This document shows positions 29,487 to 39,305 of a stretch of DNA of 64,000 nt, piece after piece. The notes under the pieces were generated by a model that saw only the letters and a program-made list of their open reading frames with translations, made no database searches and was not told the origin of the DNA. Both the position numbers and the translations under genes were made by a program. Position 1 is the stretch's first letter. Each line of letters begins with the position of its first letter. This DNA comes from a virus. The stretch lies in IMG/VR virus record IMGVR_UViG_3300007513_000007, positions 1 to 64,000 of that record; one strand, given 5' to 3'.

Positions 29487-30467
29487 ATGTCCAAGCCCTC
29501 CCCTGCGAATGTAGTCAAAGCCTACGGAGCCATAGGTCCCGATGGGGACTGGTACGAAGATGACGGCTACGACCGCTATTCCGATGCGGACTACGGCTAC
29601 GACGCGCCACCATGCGAAGAACAAGATTTCTTCCATGATCTGGAGAAGATGACGGCCCAAACCGCCGAAAGGTTCTTCAGACAAAAGGTGATTCCAGAAC
29701 TGAAGAGTATGCGCTGGAGCGTCAAAGCAAGTTTTGACTACGGGCTTGGCGAAGACATGGTTTCTGACCGGGAAGGGTGGGTCTACTATGTTGGAGGCGC
29801 AGAGCTAAAAGGCAAGGCAGGGCAAAAGCTCCTCCTCCCCCGCAACAAAGCCATTGTTCTTGATCGGAACGTGGACTTCGACATCGGCTTCTGGGTTGCT
29901 ATGGGGGACGGCGACGAAGAGATAGCGGTGGGGACCGGCAAGTACACGGGGGATGGCTGGAATGAACCCCGCCAAGAACTTGAAGCCTACATAGACATTG
30001 AGTGTCCTGACCCAAAAGACATCATCGGGATCGCGTTCGCTTGGGAAGGCGAAGAGCCTCGCAGATGGTTCAAGCCCTCCCAAGTAAACAAGATGCTTGA
30101 ACTGTTCTCCGTCACCTTTCCGAAAGAGGTGAAGATCAGGTCCAAGATCAAGAAGAGGGCAGCAGACGAGACCGGAGGGTCCTTTCGGGCGGCCAGTGCT
30201 GGTCGGGTTGCATCGGCTTACCGGATCGCCCGATCCCAAAGGACTGGCACGGAGCACGCCACCGAGGAAGCCCGCAAGAAGCACCTCAAGGAACACCCGA
30301 ACGCTGATCCAAGCGACCACACGGTAGAGAAGAAAGAGAAGCCCGAGAAGAAGCTGGACCTCGGAAAGTCCCTGGAGAAAAGCAAGGGCGTGAAGAAAAA
30401 GGTCGATGAAAAGCTCGATGAACTCTTCGATTTCGCCGGGGCCAGTCAGTACACCAGCAAGGGCTGA
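29487..30467 (+). CDS. tagged multi-domain virion protein
   Basis: N-terminal SKPSPANVVKAY; internal ASAGRVASAYRIA; basic C-terminal HATEEARKKHLKEHPNADPSDH segment. Confidence 0.65.
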   Translation: MSKPSPANVVKAYGAIGPDGDWYEDDGYDRYSDADYGYDAPPCEEQDFFHDLEKMTAQTAERFFRQKVIPELKSMRWSVKASFDYGLGEDMVSDREGWVYYVGGAELKGKAGQKLLLPRNKAIVLDRNVDFDIGFWVAMGDGDEEIAVGTGKYTGDGWNEPRQELEAYIDIECPDPKDIIGIAFAWEGEEPRRWFKPSQVNKMLELFSVTFPKEVKIRSKIKKRAADETGGSFRAASAGRVASAYRIARSQRTGTEHATEEARKKHLKEHPNADPSDHTVEKKEKPEKKLDLGKSLEKSKGVKKKVDEKLDELFDFAGASQYTSKG

Positions 30468-30468
30468 T

Positions 30469-30669
30469 TCAGCGGGACAGCCCCAGGAACCGCTTCCAGG
30501 ACGTAGGCTTTTCAGCTTCCGGGGGTTCTGCTTCAGGCTCCGAAGCCTTGGGAACAGAGCACTCAAGCAGAGTGCGTTCCAACTCCTCGGTGATGTTCAC
30601 CATGTCCATGTCGGACACGTCCACCGTGGTTGCATCCTGTCGAGGAGCCTTCCTCGCTGGAGGCAGCAT
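30469..30669 (-). CDS. hypothetical protein
   Basis: ATG overlaps the upstream TGA. Confidence 0.5.
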   Translation of the reverse strand: MLPPARKAPRQDATTVDVSDMDMVNITEELERTLLECSVPKASEPEAEPPEAEKPTSWKRFLGLSR

Positions 30670-31058
30670 CAGGGACGACCACGCAGCTTGAACAGCAAAT
30701 CCTGGGCTTTCTTCGCCACGTCCTTCGAGTCGGAACGGCGGCCAGAGAACTCAATGTCGCCATCCACTGTGGTTCCGTCTGGTCGGCTGATCACAATGGC
30801 TACAACACCCTTCTTTCCAGTCCAGTACACGTCCAAGGCGTAAGGAAGCATCGCGTTGAAGGGTTCGGCATTGTAAGCCTCACCCTCGATATGCGCCCCA
30901 GCCCACCCATAAGAGGTATCTACCTTTGCAGGACCAATGGGGTTCACGGCAGCCTTGGTAGCAATCATCAGCATCTGCTTGGTGACTGCTTCGTATACGT
31001 TGCTTACCCTGGCTTCCTTTCGCATGACGTTGCGAATCGCTGTTCTTTTGGGATCCAT
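30669..31058 (-). CDS. hypothetical protein (possible virion cargo)
   Basis: Start trimmed to MDPKRTAIRNVMRKEA; in an operon with tagged genes. Confidence 0.6.
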   Translation of the reverse strand: MDPKRTAIRNVMRKEARVSNVYEAVTKQMLMIATKAAVNPIGPAKVDTSYGWAGAHIEGEAYNAEPFNAMLPYALDVYWTGKKGVVAIVISRPDGTTVDGDIEFSGRRSDSKDVAKKAQDLLFKLRGRP

Positions 31059-31060
31059 CT

Positions 31061-31516
31061 TCAACTCCTGAATCCCTTGGGTCCTGCTCGCCAACCGCTC
31101 CAGGTAAGGCGATAGCCTTGTTGGCCTGTTCGGGGCGACGTAACGGGTTCGACCTTGATTCGAGCCTTCTCGGCTTCCTCGGATCGGCGCAACCATGCCT
31201 CACTCAAGCCATACCTTTCGCTTTCAGCGAGGTAGCCTGCTTCCTCGTGGACGTATGCCCAAAGCTGGTCCTGGACGGCCTTTGGCGTCAAAGCAGGGCC
31301 GATGAGGTCATGGTTGTCCTTGAGGAAGACCTTCCCCTGGCTGTTCAACAGCTTGGCGATGTAGAACCCCAAGTCCCGAAGCACACCTTTAGGGCTGCCT
31401 TTTCCTCGACCGAGCTTATCCACGTCGATGAAATCCGTGCCTGCGACCCGAGTCCAATCATAGGACGATAGGACCGCATACGCCGCAGCAACACGACTTG
31501 GGGAAGCAACGGGCAT
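31061..31516 (-). CDS. tagged protein
   Basis: N-terminal MPVASPSRVAAAY. Confidence 0.7.
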   Translation of the reverse strand: MPVASPSRVAAAYAVLSSYDWTRVAGTDFIDVDKLGRGKGSPKGVLRDLGFYIAKLLNSQGKVFLKDNHDLIGPALTPKAVQDQLWAYVHEEAGYLAESERYGLSEAWLRRSEEAEKARIKVEPVTSPRTGQQGYRLTWSGWRAGPKGFRS

Positions 31517-32299
31517 TCATCCCCCGCAGAGGGAAAGACGCTTGTTGAGGTAGCGAAGCATGGTTCCAATCTCGCGAACCGTCTTGGACTTCTCGGGGAT
31601 GATCCCCAACGCAAGGTCCTGACGTGCGCCCTGCATACGACCGAGAGGCTTACGCATCATCTTCGTAAGGGCTTGTGACAGGTCGGAACGCTCCATGCGA
31701 AGCAGCGTGCCCTGTGCATCTTCCAGGGCACTCAAGAGGCCCTGTGCGTCCTCACGGGAGGATGCGCCCATCGCCTGTCCCAGACTGTCCATCATGTAGC
31801 GGAGTTCTGGCACGCAGGCAGCGGCCTCCTCGCCCTTCCAAAGACCACCGACATCACCCAGACCGACCGGATACTCGCCCATAGGCAGCTTCTTTCCGTC
31901 CGGGGTGCGGTGCTTGTTACCGAAAGCGTCGATGTAGCCGGAACGCAAGGACTTCATGTACCGACTCTGCATCTCGCGCTGGGCTTCGGGGAGCGAGTCC
32001 TTGTAGATGATCTTCTGCCGCTTCTGGTCCACGGAGCCTTTGTCTGTAAGACGGCCCCACTGACGAAGCAGCTTGTAGCCACCGCCCTGTTCCGGGGTGA
32101 TCAACTGCTCATAGAACTTGGAACTGTTCTTCGCTCGATCCAGGAACCAGACCATCGTGGCCATGCCGTCACGCACGGAGTTCTTATTCACGCCTGGGGT
32201 AAGAGCGCCACGACGCGCTTCCTTCAGTAGTGGAAGCAGGTGGGCACGGAGTTCCGGCTTCTCGTAAGCCAGCTTGATGCAAGCGATGCGAAGGTTCAT
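31517..32299 (-). CDS. tagged WGR-domain protein
   Basis: N-terminal RIACIKLAYEKPELRAHLLPLLKEA; NSSKFYEQLI...LLRQWGRL is a WGR domain signature. Confidence 0.7.
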   Translation of the reverse strand: MNLRIACIKLAYEKPELRAHLLPLLKEARRGALTPGVNKNSVRDGMATMVWFLDRAKNSSKFYEQLITPEQGGGYKLLRQWGRLTDKGSVDQKRQKIIYKDSLPEAQREMQSRYMKSLRSGYIDAFGNKHRTPDGKKLPMGEYPVGLGDVGGLWKGEEAAACVPELRYMMDSLGQAMGASSREDAQGLLSALEDAQGTLLRMERSDLSQALTKMMRKPLGRMQGARQDLALGIIPEKSKTVREIGTMLRYLNKRLSLCGG

Positions 32300-32354
32300 G
32301 GGGTTCTCCAGAAATGTTTGCTGTTCGTTCGGTATAGGCTGTTGATTCAAGGGG

Positions 32355-32732
32355 TTACCCGTCCACGTTTACAAAGGCGTAGACACGAGCACCGCTGGAA
32401 TCAGGATCCAGGGCGACGACGAGGGAACCGGTGAGCGTTCTTTCGTAGTCCTCGGCGTTGGGGTCATCGTTCTCCATCGTGAGGTTAGAGAACATGCGGC
32501 CACCCATCGCCTTCGTCACCTTTCGATCAATCTCCAGAGATCCGGGACGAGCCATCGGGTAGTGCTTCAAGAACATCTTTTCGATGTCCCGAGGTTTGAG
32601 GTTGACTTCAAACTTCGAGAAGATCGGAACCTTGTCCACCGCCCCTTGCTTCAGGATCGGGAGGAGGTCCTCCCTAAGCTCAGGGCGGGCATGAGCCAGC
32701 TTGATGAGCTTTTCGCGTAGGGGATCTGACAT
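32355..32732 (-). CDS. tagged protein
   Basis: N-terminal LREKLIKLAHARPELREDLLPILKQGA. Confidence 0.7.
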   Translation of the reverse strand: MSDPLREKLIKLAHARPELREDLLPILKQGAVDKVPIFSKFEVNLKPRDIEKMFLKHYPMARPGSLEIDRKVTKAMGGRMFSNLTMENDDPNAEDYERTLTGSLVVALDPDSSGARVYAFVNVDG

Positions 32733-32849
32733 AGCAGGGTGCTCCTTCTCGGAACCCTACCGGAATAGACACTTCACCGAAGCAGAGGCGGTAAACCGCC
32801 TATCAAACACGGACGGTGGTAGCAGAACCACCTGATCCCTTGGAAGAAG

Positions 32850-34028
32850 ATGGAAAACCCCTCCTCTAATCGCGTAGCGACTGCCTTTTTACGGAAGGCC
32901 CGTCACAGCATGAAGATCAGGGGCATGAGTCCCATCGACATGCTGGGCCGGATACGAGACCTCTCCGATTTGATCAAAGGTGGTGCTGACCATCTGTGGG
33001 AGGGGCGCAACACCCCTGATCCCACGCCTGCCCAGGTGAAGGCTTGGAGACAAGAGCGTAAAGCTCTCCTGGAGTTGTTTGGTCAGTTCGAGTTGGGTGC
33101 AGTGCATCTGCATGACATCAAGGACTGGAAGATGTACCAGAAGATGAAGGTGGCCTATGGCGGTTATCCGGGCGGCCCCGGTCAGTACGGGGACGCAACC
33201 GAGGACCCAAGCATCTACCATGAAGAGGAGGTGGACCCCTGCGAGGAGAACCCCGAGTACATCGGCATGTCACTGGATGATGTAGTTGGGTGTGCCCCCG
33301 ATGCGGTCGATGATTGGATGGAGGCTGCCGAAGGCGTCATGGCAGGCTTGAAAAGGCTCGGGTTCAAGGTGCGCGAGGGCAAGGATTGGCACGAGGACGG
33401 TCAACTCAGGATGAGGATTTTCATCCAGGGGCCGCTCGGAAAAGCCGAGATCGACATCACAGGGAACATCGACCCCAACGGACAACTCAAGAGGGGCTGG
33501 GGTCTTTACGCTGGGATCGTGAGGGGTGCCGACTGGTGGGACCTCAAGCATCTCAAGCACGGTGAGATCGAGATGGACGGCGGCAACGTCAGGCGGTTCG
33601 TCAAGAAGGTGCTGGATGTCTGGGCTGACGGCGGCATGAACCGCACCCGGAGGGCTTCTTCTAAGGCCAGTGCCGAGAGGGTCGCTGCCGCTTTCTTGAA
33701 GCAAGGATCATGGGAGATTCACAAGGAGTGGCAGGCTGCGTATCGTTCAGGGATGGGCGACATGCAGAAAAGATGGACCGCCCTACTCAATAAAGCAGGG
33801 CGACAGTTCAAGAAGGACGACTGGAAGCTGGAGCCTCAAAGCTGGCTTGGCCACTACAACCACGGCTCAGATGGCGCTCGCATGGACGGGATGTTGTTTT
33901 TTGAGGATCTCCGCAACGAGGCACGAGGCACACGCGAGACCGAAGACTGGCTGGAAGCGAACCTTGGCCTCAGCTACAACCTGACGGGTCGCGGCTACGG
34001 CAAGTGGTCCTTGAGCCTTGAAGAATAA
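32850..34028 (+). CDS. tagged multi-domain protein
   Basis: N-terminal PSSNRVATAFLRKA and internal ASAERVAAAFLKQG. Confidence 0.7.
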   Translation: MENPSSNRVATAFLRKARHSMKIRGMSPIDMLGRIRDLSDLIKGGADHLWEGRNTPDPTPAQVKAWRQERKALLELFGQFELGAVHLHDIKDWKMYQKMKVAYGGYPGGPGQYGDATEDPSIYHEEEVDPCEENPEYIGMSLDDVVGCAPDAVDDWMEAAEGVMAGLKRLGFKVREGKDWHEDGQLRMRIFIQGPLGKAEIDITGNIDPNGQLKRGWGLYAGIVRGADWWDLKHLKHGEIEMDGGNVRRFVKKVLDVWADGGMNRTRRASSKASAERVAAAFLKQGSWEIHKEWQAAYRSGMGDMQKRWTALLNKAGRQFKKDDWKLEPQSWLGHYNHGSDGARMDGMLFFEDLRNEARGTRETEDWLEANLGLSYNLTGRGYGKWSLSLEE

Positions 34029-34251
34029 GGGAGTTCAGAATGTCTGAAGCAGGAATGGTTGCATGTAAGATCGGGCTTCAAGCTCCCGTAGCCGCCCCCG
34101 GCTGAAATCAGTTGGGCGTAGCTATCGCCGCTATGGGCATCAAGATCGACAACGCTACGATTGCCCAGCATGTCTGGGACGGTATCAAGTCCGGTTACAC
34201 GGAAGTAGACAGCCTGAGTGAATACCTGTGCCGGGAAATGGGCGCGGACGG

Positions 34252-34536
34252 CTAACCCTCGACCATGTTCAGGAGCACTTGCTCCCCTACTACGTCCTCG
34301 ATGGTGTCTGCGATATGGCACGCGGCCTCATCCAAGATCGTATCGGGTGCATAGTGGGCACGCGGGGACGGGACCCACTGACTCTTGAACACAGTGACCC
34401 AAGCAGCCGTGTTCTCGTTGTACTTCTGAATCATCGTGCGGATTCGGTTCTTACGGGCCTCAACACAGCACCGCAACGGAAGCACTATCTCTACGTCTTT
34501 GACGAGGTACGAAGTCTCCACCCACTTCGACTTCAC
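34252..34536 (-). CDS. hypothetical protein
   Basis: 94-aa ORF, GTG start. Confidence 0.45.
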   Translation of the reverse strand: MKSKWVETSYLVKDVEIVLPLRCCVEARKNRIRTMIQKYNENTAAWVTVFKSQWVPSPRAHYAPDTILDEAACHIADTIEDVVGEQVLLNMVEG

Positions 34537-34641
34537 AGAGCAAATCCAAAAACTTGAGCGGCTGGCATATACACCTCGGGGAGTCAGCCCTTTTGAATAC
34601 GGTTTTCGCCGTTCAGAAAGACCCCCCTCTGTGGAGGCGCT

Positions 34642-35070
34642 TTATCTCCAGAGTTGAACCGTAGGGGGCTTGCCTTCGCCTCCCCAGGAAACCGACACAG
34701 CGATTCGGATGTAGCCTTTCCATGCTCGAATCTCCATTTCGTTGCCGACCATCCCTTCGTACCGATTCATTCCACCACGGCCCCATCCTTCCTTCTTCAG
34801 CTTCTTGATCTTGGCCAAGGCGCGGGCCATAGCATCCCACTCCTCCTTCACCCTGACCTCATGCGTGACGACCCTGGTCATGGACTCAAGCGTGTACTCG
34901 TGCCTGCCCGTTTGGCTGTCTACGCCCTGGTAGATGAAAGACCGTGTCCAGCCCTTTGCGGTCTTTTTCAAACCTGAAAGGATAGTCCTACGCTCCTCCG
35001 AACCTTTGGGGAGAGTAGAAGCGAGTCGAATGAGCTTCTTACGATCAGATCCGGTAAGGGTTTTAGACAT
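34642..35070 (-). CDS. tagged protein
   Basis: MSKTLTGSDRKKLIRLASTLPKGSEERRTILSGLKKTA followed by a unique domain. Confidence 0.75.
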   Translation of the reverse strand: MSKTLTGSDRKKLIRLASTLPKGSEERRTILSGLKKTAKGWTRSFIYQGVDSQTGRHEYTLESMTRVVTHEVRVKEEWDAMARALAKIKKLKKEGWGRGGMNRYEGMVGNEMEIRAWKGYIRIAVSVSWGGEGKPPTVQLWR

Positions 35071-35142
35071 AGGGGATTTCCTACAGGGTGTTTGTACTTG
35101 TGTCGGGGCAATAGGGAATCAACCAAGTTCGCGGAGCCATGC

Positions 35143-35433
35143 TTACTTACCAAACGCACCGCGAATGTCTCGGAAAGCGAGTTCCACAGCAGCTTCAGCC
35201 AGACGGTAAGCGTCTGGGCCGTAGACCCCATGCTTCTGCAAAGCAGGGTACATCACGTCGTACCATGCTTTCTTGGGTGACAGTCGCGCAGTCTTGTCGG
35301 TTTTTGGCTGAACCACACCCGAAGCCTTAGACAATCCAGCGAGGATAGCCTTACGCTCGGGGGAACCCTTCTCCATCGTGGAGGCGAGTCGAATGAGGGT
35401 TTTTCGATCTGAAGCGGTGAGGGTTTTAGACAT
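35143..35433 (-). CDS. tagged protein (paralogous head)
   Basis: MSKTLTASDRKTLIRLASTMEKGSPERKAILAGLSKA followed by a different short domain. Confidence 0.75.
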   Translation of the reverse strand: MSKTLTASDRKTLIRLASTMEKGSPERKAILAGLSKASGVVQPKTDKTARLSPKKAWYDVMYPALQKHGVYGPDAYRLAEAAVELAFRDIRGAFGK

Positions 35434-35488
35434 AGGGGATTTCCTATACGCAAGGGATTGGTTCTACCTTTGCTGGGCAATAGGGAAC

Positions 35489-35665
35489 CTACTGGTCAGT
35501 CTTGGGACGGGCGTCCTGCTCACTCTTGTTGAAAAGGTCGCCCTGTTCCCCCAAGCGTTGGAAAGCAGCAGAGGGATCTCGGGTCTGTGGCTTCTTGGGT
35601 GCCGTTCGCACCCGTTTCGTCACCACCTCAATCTCTTTGCCTTGTCTGTCCTTGATGATCTTCAT
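35489..35665 (-). CDS. small hypothetical protein (58 aa, below the ORF-track cut-off)
   Basis: Read by eye: MKIIKDRQGKEIEVVTKRVRTAPKK...RPKTDQ stop. Confidence 0.45.
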   Translation of the reverse strand: MKIIKDRQGKEIEVVTKRVRTAPKKPQTRDPSAAFQRLGEQGDLFNKSEQDARPKTDQ

Positions 35666-35842
35666 GTTGTTGTAGCCTCGCCTAAAAGGGTTTGAAAACA
35701 GTCTGCGATTTTCAATGCGGTTTCAATGTGCTGGATTTGAGCAAGATAGGGGTCCCAAAAAGTTTTCTGCGCGGTTCTACAAGGCTGTCCGTTGAAGGTC
35801 CTCGTTCGACTTGGCGAAGGCTCGCCTCATCCTTCGGGTGCC

Positions 35843-36094
35843 CTACGCCTCTCCCCAAGAACAGGTACGCCATGCAAGCCACGCGATCCCCGCAGGGACG
35901 TTACGCACGACGTACTCTGCATGGTCGGCACTGTGGGTGGAGGTGATGCAGCCGCGTAGCCATGCCAGGGCCAACGCCAACTCATCAGCCGTACCGCTGG
36001 CACCGCAGATCACCGCAGACACAGAGGCCCCAAGTTCGTTCGTTCGTTCGTCTTTTACGTCGTCACTCATAATGTTGAAATCCTCGGTTCCCAT
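35843..36094 (-). CDS. hypothetical protein
   Basis: 83-aa ORF. Confidence 0.4.
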   Translation of the reverse strand: MGTEDFNIMSDDVKDERTNELGASVSAVICGASGTADELALALAWLRGCITSTHSADHAEYVVRNVPAGIAWLAWRTCSWGEA

Positions 36095-36175
36095 CTGATT
36101 CGTGTTCGTTCGAGTCGAACGAACGCGAACGAACTCAGAGCGGGTAGCTGTTCTCCCTGACTCGAACGAACGAAC
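36034..36175. repeat. TTCG/CGAA tandem and inverted repeat cluster
   Basis: GTTCGTTCGTTCGTTCG 36034-36050; GTTCGTTCGA-g-TCGAACGAAC palindrome 36104-36124; CGAACGAACGAAC 36163-36175. Confidence 0.8.
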
Positions 36176-36350
36176 ATGCAGTCATCCGCAGCGAGGACAG
36201 GGGTGATGGTGTGTGCCGTGGGTTAGGGTGTGACGGCAAGGTCGGATCTTGCGAAGCCTCTGATACATGCCCGAGGCCCTGGCCCGCTCCTGGTAGTGGG
36301 GCAACACTACACAGGTCACTGACACCACGTCTTACCCTCTCTCCCACTAT

Positions 36351-36824
36351 CTACCCTCCCAAGGTAGACTTGAACGATACCCGTGGAGTCGGGTCCCTGT
36401 ACTCGATGGACTTGAGCAGCAGGTCACGGACTCCCGTAGAAGCCACCCTGGACTCGATGAGGTCAGGGAAGTTCTTACGGGGCTTATGCGTCACCACAGT
36501 CTCGAAGTAGGCCGAGAACTGGTCAGCACCCAGCAGAGCGATGAGGCTCTCGGTGTCAGCCGACTTGGCGAGTTTGACAGTCTTGCGGGGAATGGTGACC
36601 TTGACTTGGCCATCAGTGACAGGGAACTCATGGGTATAGGGGAGTTCACCCCCATTCCAGGTGTCTGCCACCTCTTCCCGCAGCCGGGTCTTCAGGGGTT
36701 CCAGGGCTGCCTGGATCTGGTCACCGATAGCAGCCAAGGCCAGAGCACTGGCTGCCACCTGTTCAGGGGTGCCGGTAGACACCAGCTTTCCTGCATCCTG
36801 GATCATTTCACGGATTGAGGACAT
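36351..36824 (-). CDS. hypothetical protein
   Basis: 157-aa ORF with an AGAGG RBS. Confidence 0.7.
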   Translation of the reverse strand: MSSIREMIQDAGKLVSTGTPEQVAASALALAAIGDQIQAALEPLKTRLREEVADTWNGGELPYTHEFPVTDGQVKVTIPRKTVKLAKSADTESLIALLGADQFSAYFETVVTHKPRKNFPDLIESRVASTGVRDLLLKSIEYRDPTPRVSFKSTLGG

Positions 36825-36861
36825 GGTTTACCTCTACTGGTAGGGAGCCTACTGCTGGGAA

Positions 36862-37755
36862 TCAGCAGCAGGACTCATGGAACAGTCCCTTGCCCGGAAT
36901 GTGGATAGCGCCCTCTCCCTTGGAGATGATGCCGCCACAGGTGGAGCAGGGGGAATCGAAGTAGGCTTTGAGGGAGGTAGCACCCTCGGGAAGCGTCTTG
37001 TTGGCTTCAGGCTGGGCTGCTTCCGGCTCCTCTTCCTCGACCACAGGGGGAGTAGGAAGGATGCCACTGTTGGCTGCCTGCTCCCGAAGGCTCTGCTCGA
37101 AGCTGGCATCAGCCTGCTCCAGCAGGGAGGCCATCGTGGTGACAGCAGCAGCCTTGCAGGCTTCCAGCAAGGGGCAACCCTCACAGGACTTGGAGCGGGT
37201 AGAGAAGTGGCCGTAGCACCGGGTGCTCTCGATCTGGAGCCGATGCAGGTAGGCGTCTTCCACGACGTGCTGGCTCTTCTCCACAGGGGGAAGCCAGCAG
37301 ACACCCTCGTTGACTGCTTCTACAGTCAGGGTCTCGATGGCAGGAAGGGTAGCCTCTGCTGCCTCGTCCACGACGGGAGCCTCGGGAACCGTGTTCTCCA
37401 CCTCGTGAGGAGTGCTCTCATCACGGTAGGGGGTCTGGCTCTTGATGAGGTCCACACCAGCCTGGGTAGCCGCGTAGTAGCGACGACGAGGGCACTCGAT
37501 GAGAAACTCTTGCTTGAGGACACCAGCAGTCAGGGTGACTGCACGCTGGGCCTTGGGGTAGTTGGCGTTCTGGCCGCTACGGGTGGTCCCGTAAGCCATC
37601 CAGTCGATGCCGGGAACCAGAGTCTCGATGAAGTGGATGAGCCGGTCCCAGCCGACTTCGCGACCAGGGGCATAGCCGCTGGCTTCTACGATGGCGTGAA
37701 GGACGATGAGCCGCCACTGCTTGGGATAGTGGGCTTGGGGCTGGGAGTAGGTCAT
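36862..37755 (-). CDS. winged-helix (Mrr-N-like) plus zinc-binding protein
   Basis: N-terminal wHTH ending RRYYAATQAGVDLI; CYGHF..CEGC and C-terminal CSTC..HESC. Confidence 0.55.
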   Translation of the reverse strand: MTYSQPQAHYPKQWRLIVLHAIVEASGYAPGREVGWDRLIHFIETLVPGIDWMAYGTTRSGQNANYPKAQRAVTLTAGVLKQEFLIECPRRRYYAATQAGVDLIKSQTPYRDESTPHEVENTVPEAPVVDEAAEATLPAIETLTVEAVNEGVCWLPPVEKSQHVVEDAYLHRLQIESTRCYGHFSTRSKSCEGCPLLEACKAAAVTTMASLLEQADASFEQSLREQAANSGILPTPPVVEEEEPEAAQPEANKTLPEGATSLKAYFDSPCSTCGGIISKGEGAIHIPGKGLFHESCC

Positions 37756-37819
37756 GTTCTCGGTCTCCTGTGGCCTGCTCCCGAAGGATGAGGCGAGAGG
37801 GTTGGGGTAGTGGGTCTTT

Positions 37820-37854
37820 CTCTATACGAGGTGAAGGGGGGCGGGGAACCCCCC
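37820..37854 (-). promoter_or_regulatory. class-A phage promoter
   Basis: GGGGGGTTCC-16 nt-CGTATAGAG. Confidence 0.75.
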
Positions 37855-37864
37855 TTCAGGGGGA

Positions 37865-39064
37865 TTAGTAGCTCTCCTCATCCAGAGCGCCACCAGACAG
37901 ATGGGGGTCGATGAGCCGACGGGCGATGAGCCGGTTGTCAGCATCCAGCTTGTGGGTCCAGGCGCGGAAGGCCCGAGCACCGAACTTGGAGGGCATCGAA
38001 TCGTCCCGGCGAAGCATACGCTCTGCACGGGAGAGGACCGAGCACAGGGCACGGTGGCTGAACTCTGCGTAAAGCTCATCCTTGTCGATGGCTTCGCGGA
38101 GAGCGCGAGTAGCGTTACCCACCTGCTCGATGAACTGGGGAGCCTTCTCGGCCAGGGCCGGGAACTTCTCACGGACGATGATGACCTCATCATCCCAGTG
38201 GAGGTAGGCGAACTGAACGGCGCTGTCGAAGCGGTCCAGGATGGAGGCGTCCAGGCAGCCTGCGCTGACCATACGGCCACGGTCATCACCGGAGCCATTG
38301 GTGTTGGCAGTAGCCACGAACTGCGTTCCGGGGAACACGCTCACGACCTCACCCTCGGGTCCGACGATACGGCCCTGCGTGCTGTCCATGAGCAGCCGAA
38401 GCCACTCGACCTGTGCCGGGTCAGCCCGGTCGAGGTCGGTGAGCACCACGATGGCGGGGCGAGCCACACCGTCACGGCCCATGACACCCTTGGTCACGAC
38501 GTTCCAGAGGTGGCCGAAGTCCCAGCCAGTGCCGTCCTTGTCCATCGAACGCTGGTAGAACCAGGGGCCAATGTCACGGTCAGGAACGATGTTGTTCATG
38601 ACGAGGGGCTTGCGAGCCATGCCAGAGAGGGCCAGCAGGAAGCCGTCCTTTCCGGTTCCGGGGAAGCCCCAGATGTAGACGTTGAGGCCATCAAGAATGT
38701 CCATGATGGCATCCTTCATCATTTCGCGGGCCTTACCCTTGGTGGGGAAGCGGTACGCCTCGGGGATCATGGCGCAGGTATCGGGGTCTGCACCAGCATC
38801 CACCTCGACCTTGAAGCCACAGGCATCGAAGGTCAGGTTGTCGATACCGGGGGCTGCGTTCCGACGCATACCCTTGAACTCGGTCTCGACATGGTCGAGG
38901 TAGTCCTGGCTCACCGTGGGAGCCTTGGGGTACGCAGCGACATACTCGTGCAGAGTCATGCCGTGGTCAGCCGCGAGGTGCGGTCCCAGGAAGTGAGACT
39001 TGTGCCCACAGCCGTCTACTTGGCACTCGGGGCGGGGGTCGATGAGCTTGGGGGTCGGGGTCAT
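37865..39064 (-). CDS. MoxR/CobS-like AAA+ ATPase with an N-terminal C2H2-type zinc finger
   Basis: CQVDGC...HLAADH; Walker A GFPGTGKD; Walker B VLTDLDRA; ATANTNG; LDASILDRF. Confidence 0.85.
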   Translation of the reverse strand: MTPTPKLIDPRPECQVDGCGHKSHFLGPHLAADHGMTLHEYVAAYPKAPTVSQDYLDHVETEFKGMRRNAAPGIDNLTFDACGFKVEVDAGADPDTCAMIPEAYRFPTKGKAREMMKDAIMDILDGLNVYIWGFPGTGKDGFLLALSGMARKPLVMNNIVPDRDIGPWFYQRSMDKDGTGWDFGHLWNVVTKGVMGRDGVARPAIVVLTDLDRADPAQVEWLRLLMDSTQGRIVGPEGEVVSVFPGTQFVATANTNGSGDDRGRMVSAGCLDASILDRFDSAVQFAYLHWDDEVIIVREKFPALAEKAPQFIEQVGNATRALREAIDKDELYAEFSHRALCSVLSRAERMLRRDDSMPSKFGARAFRAWTHKLDADNRLIARRLIDPHLSGGALDEESY

Positions 39065-39120
39065 GGTCTGAATCTCCTATGAGCCTTGCTTTCGCTGGGC
39101 TACCAGGGTTGCTGTTCTCT

Positions 39121-39155
39121 CTCACTACGGGGTGCCAGCCGAGGGGGAACCCCCC
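39121..39155 (-). promoter_or_regulatory. class-A phage promoter
   Basis: GGGGGGTTCC-16 nt-CGTAGTGAG upstream of the AAA+ gene. Confidence 0.75.
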
Positions 39156-39295
39156 TAACTAACTTTCACCGCCACAATATGCGGAGCATAGCCTTGGGCA
39201 ATCTCCTTGAACTCGGCCTTGCCGAAATGGGAATGGCACTTCCTGGTGCTCCAATGCACCGTCTTGCCGCTGTCGATGAACGTGATCTCCCACAT
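39155..39295 (-). CDS. small hypothetical protein
   Basis: MWEITFIDSGKTVHW... with a GGAG RBS. Confidence 0.5.
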   Translation of the reverse strand: MWEITFIDSGKTVHWSTRKCHSHFGKAEFKEIAQGYAPHIVAVKVS

Positions 39296-39305
39296 GGGGT
39301 ATCTC

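Noticed and set aside
33995-34321. 108-aa minus-strand ORF
   Set aside because: Overlaps flanking genes at both ends and lacks an RBS; coding status unsupported
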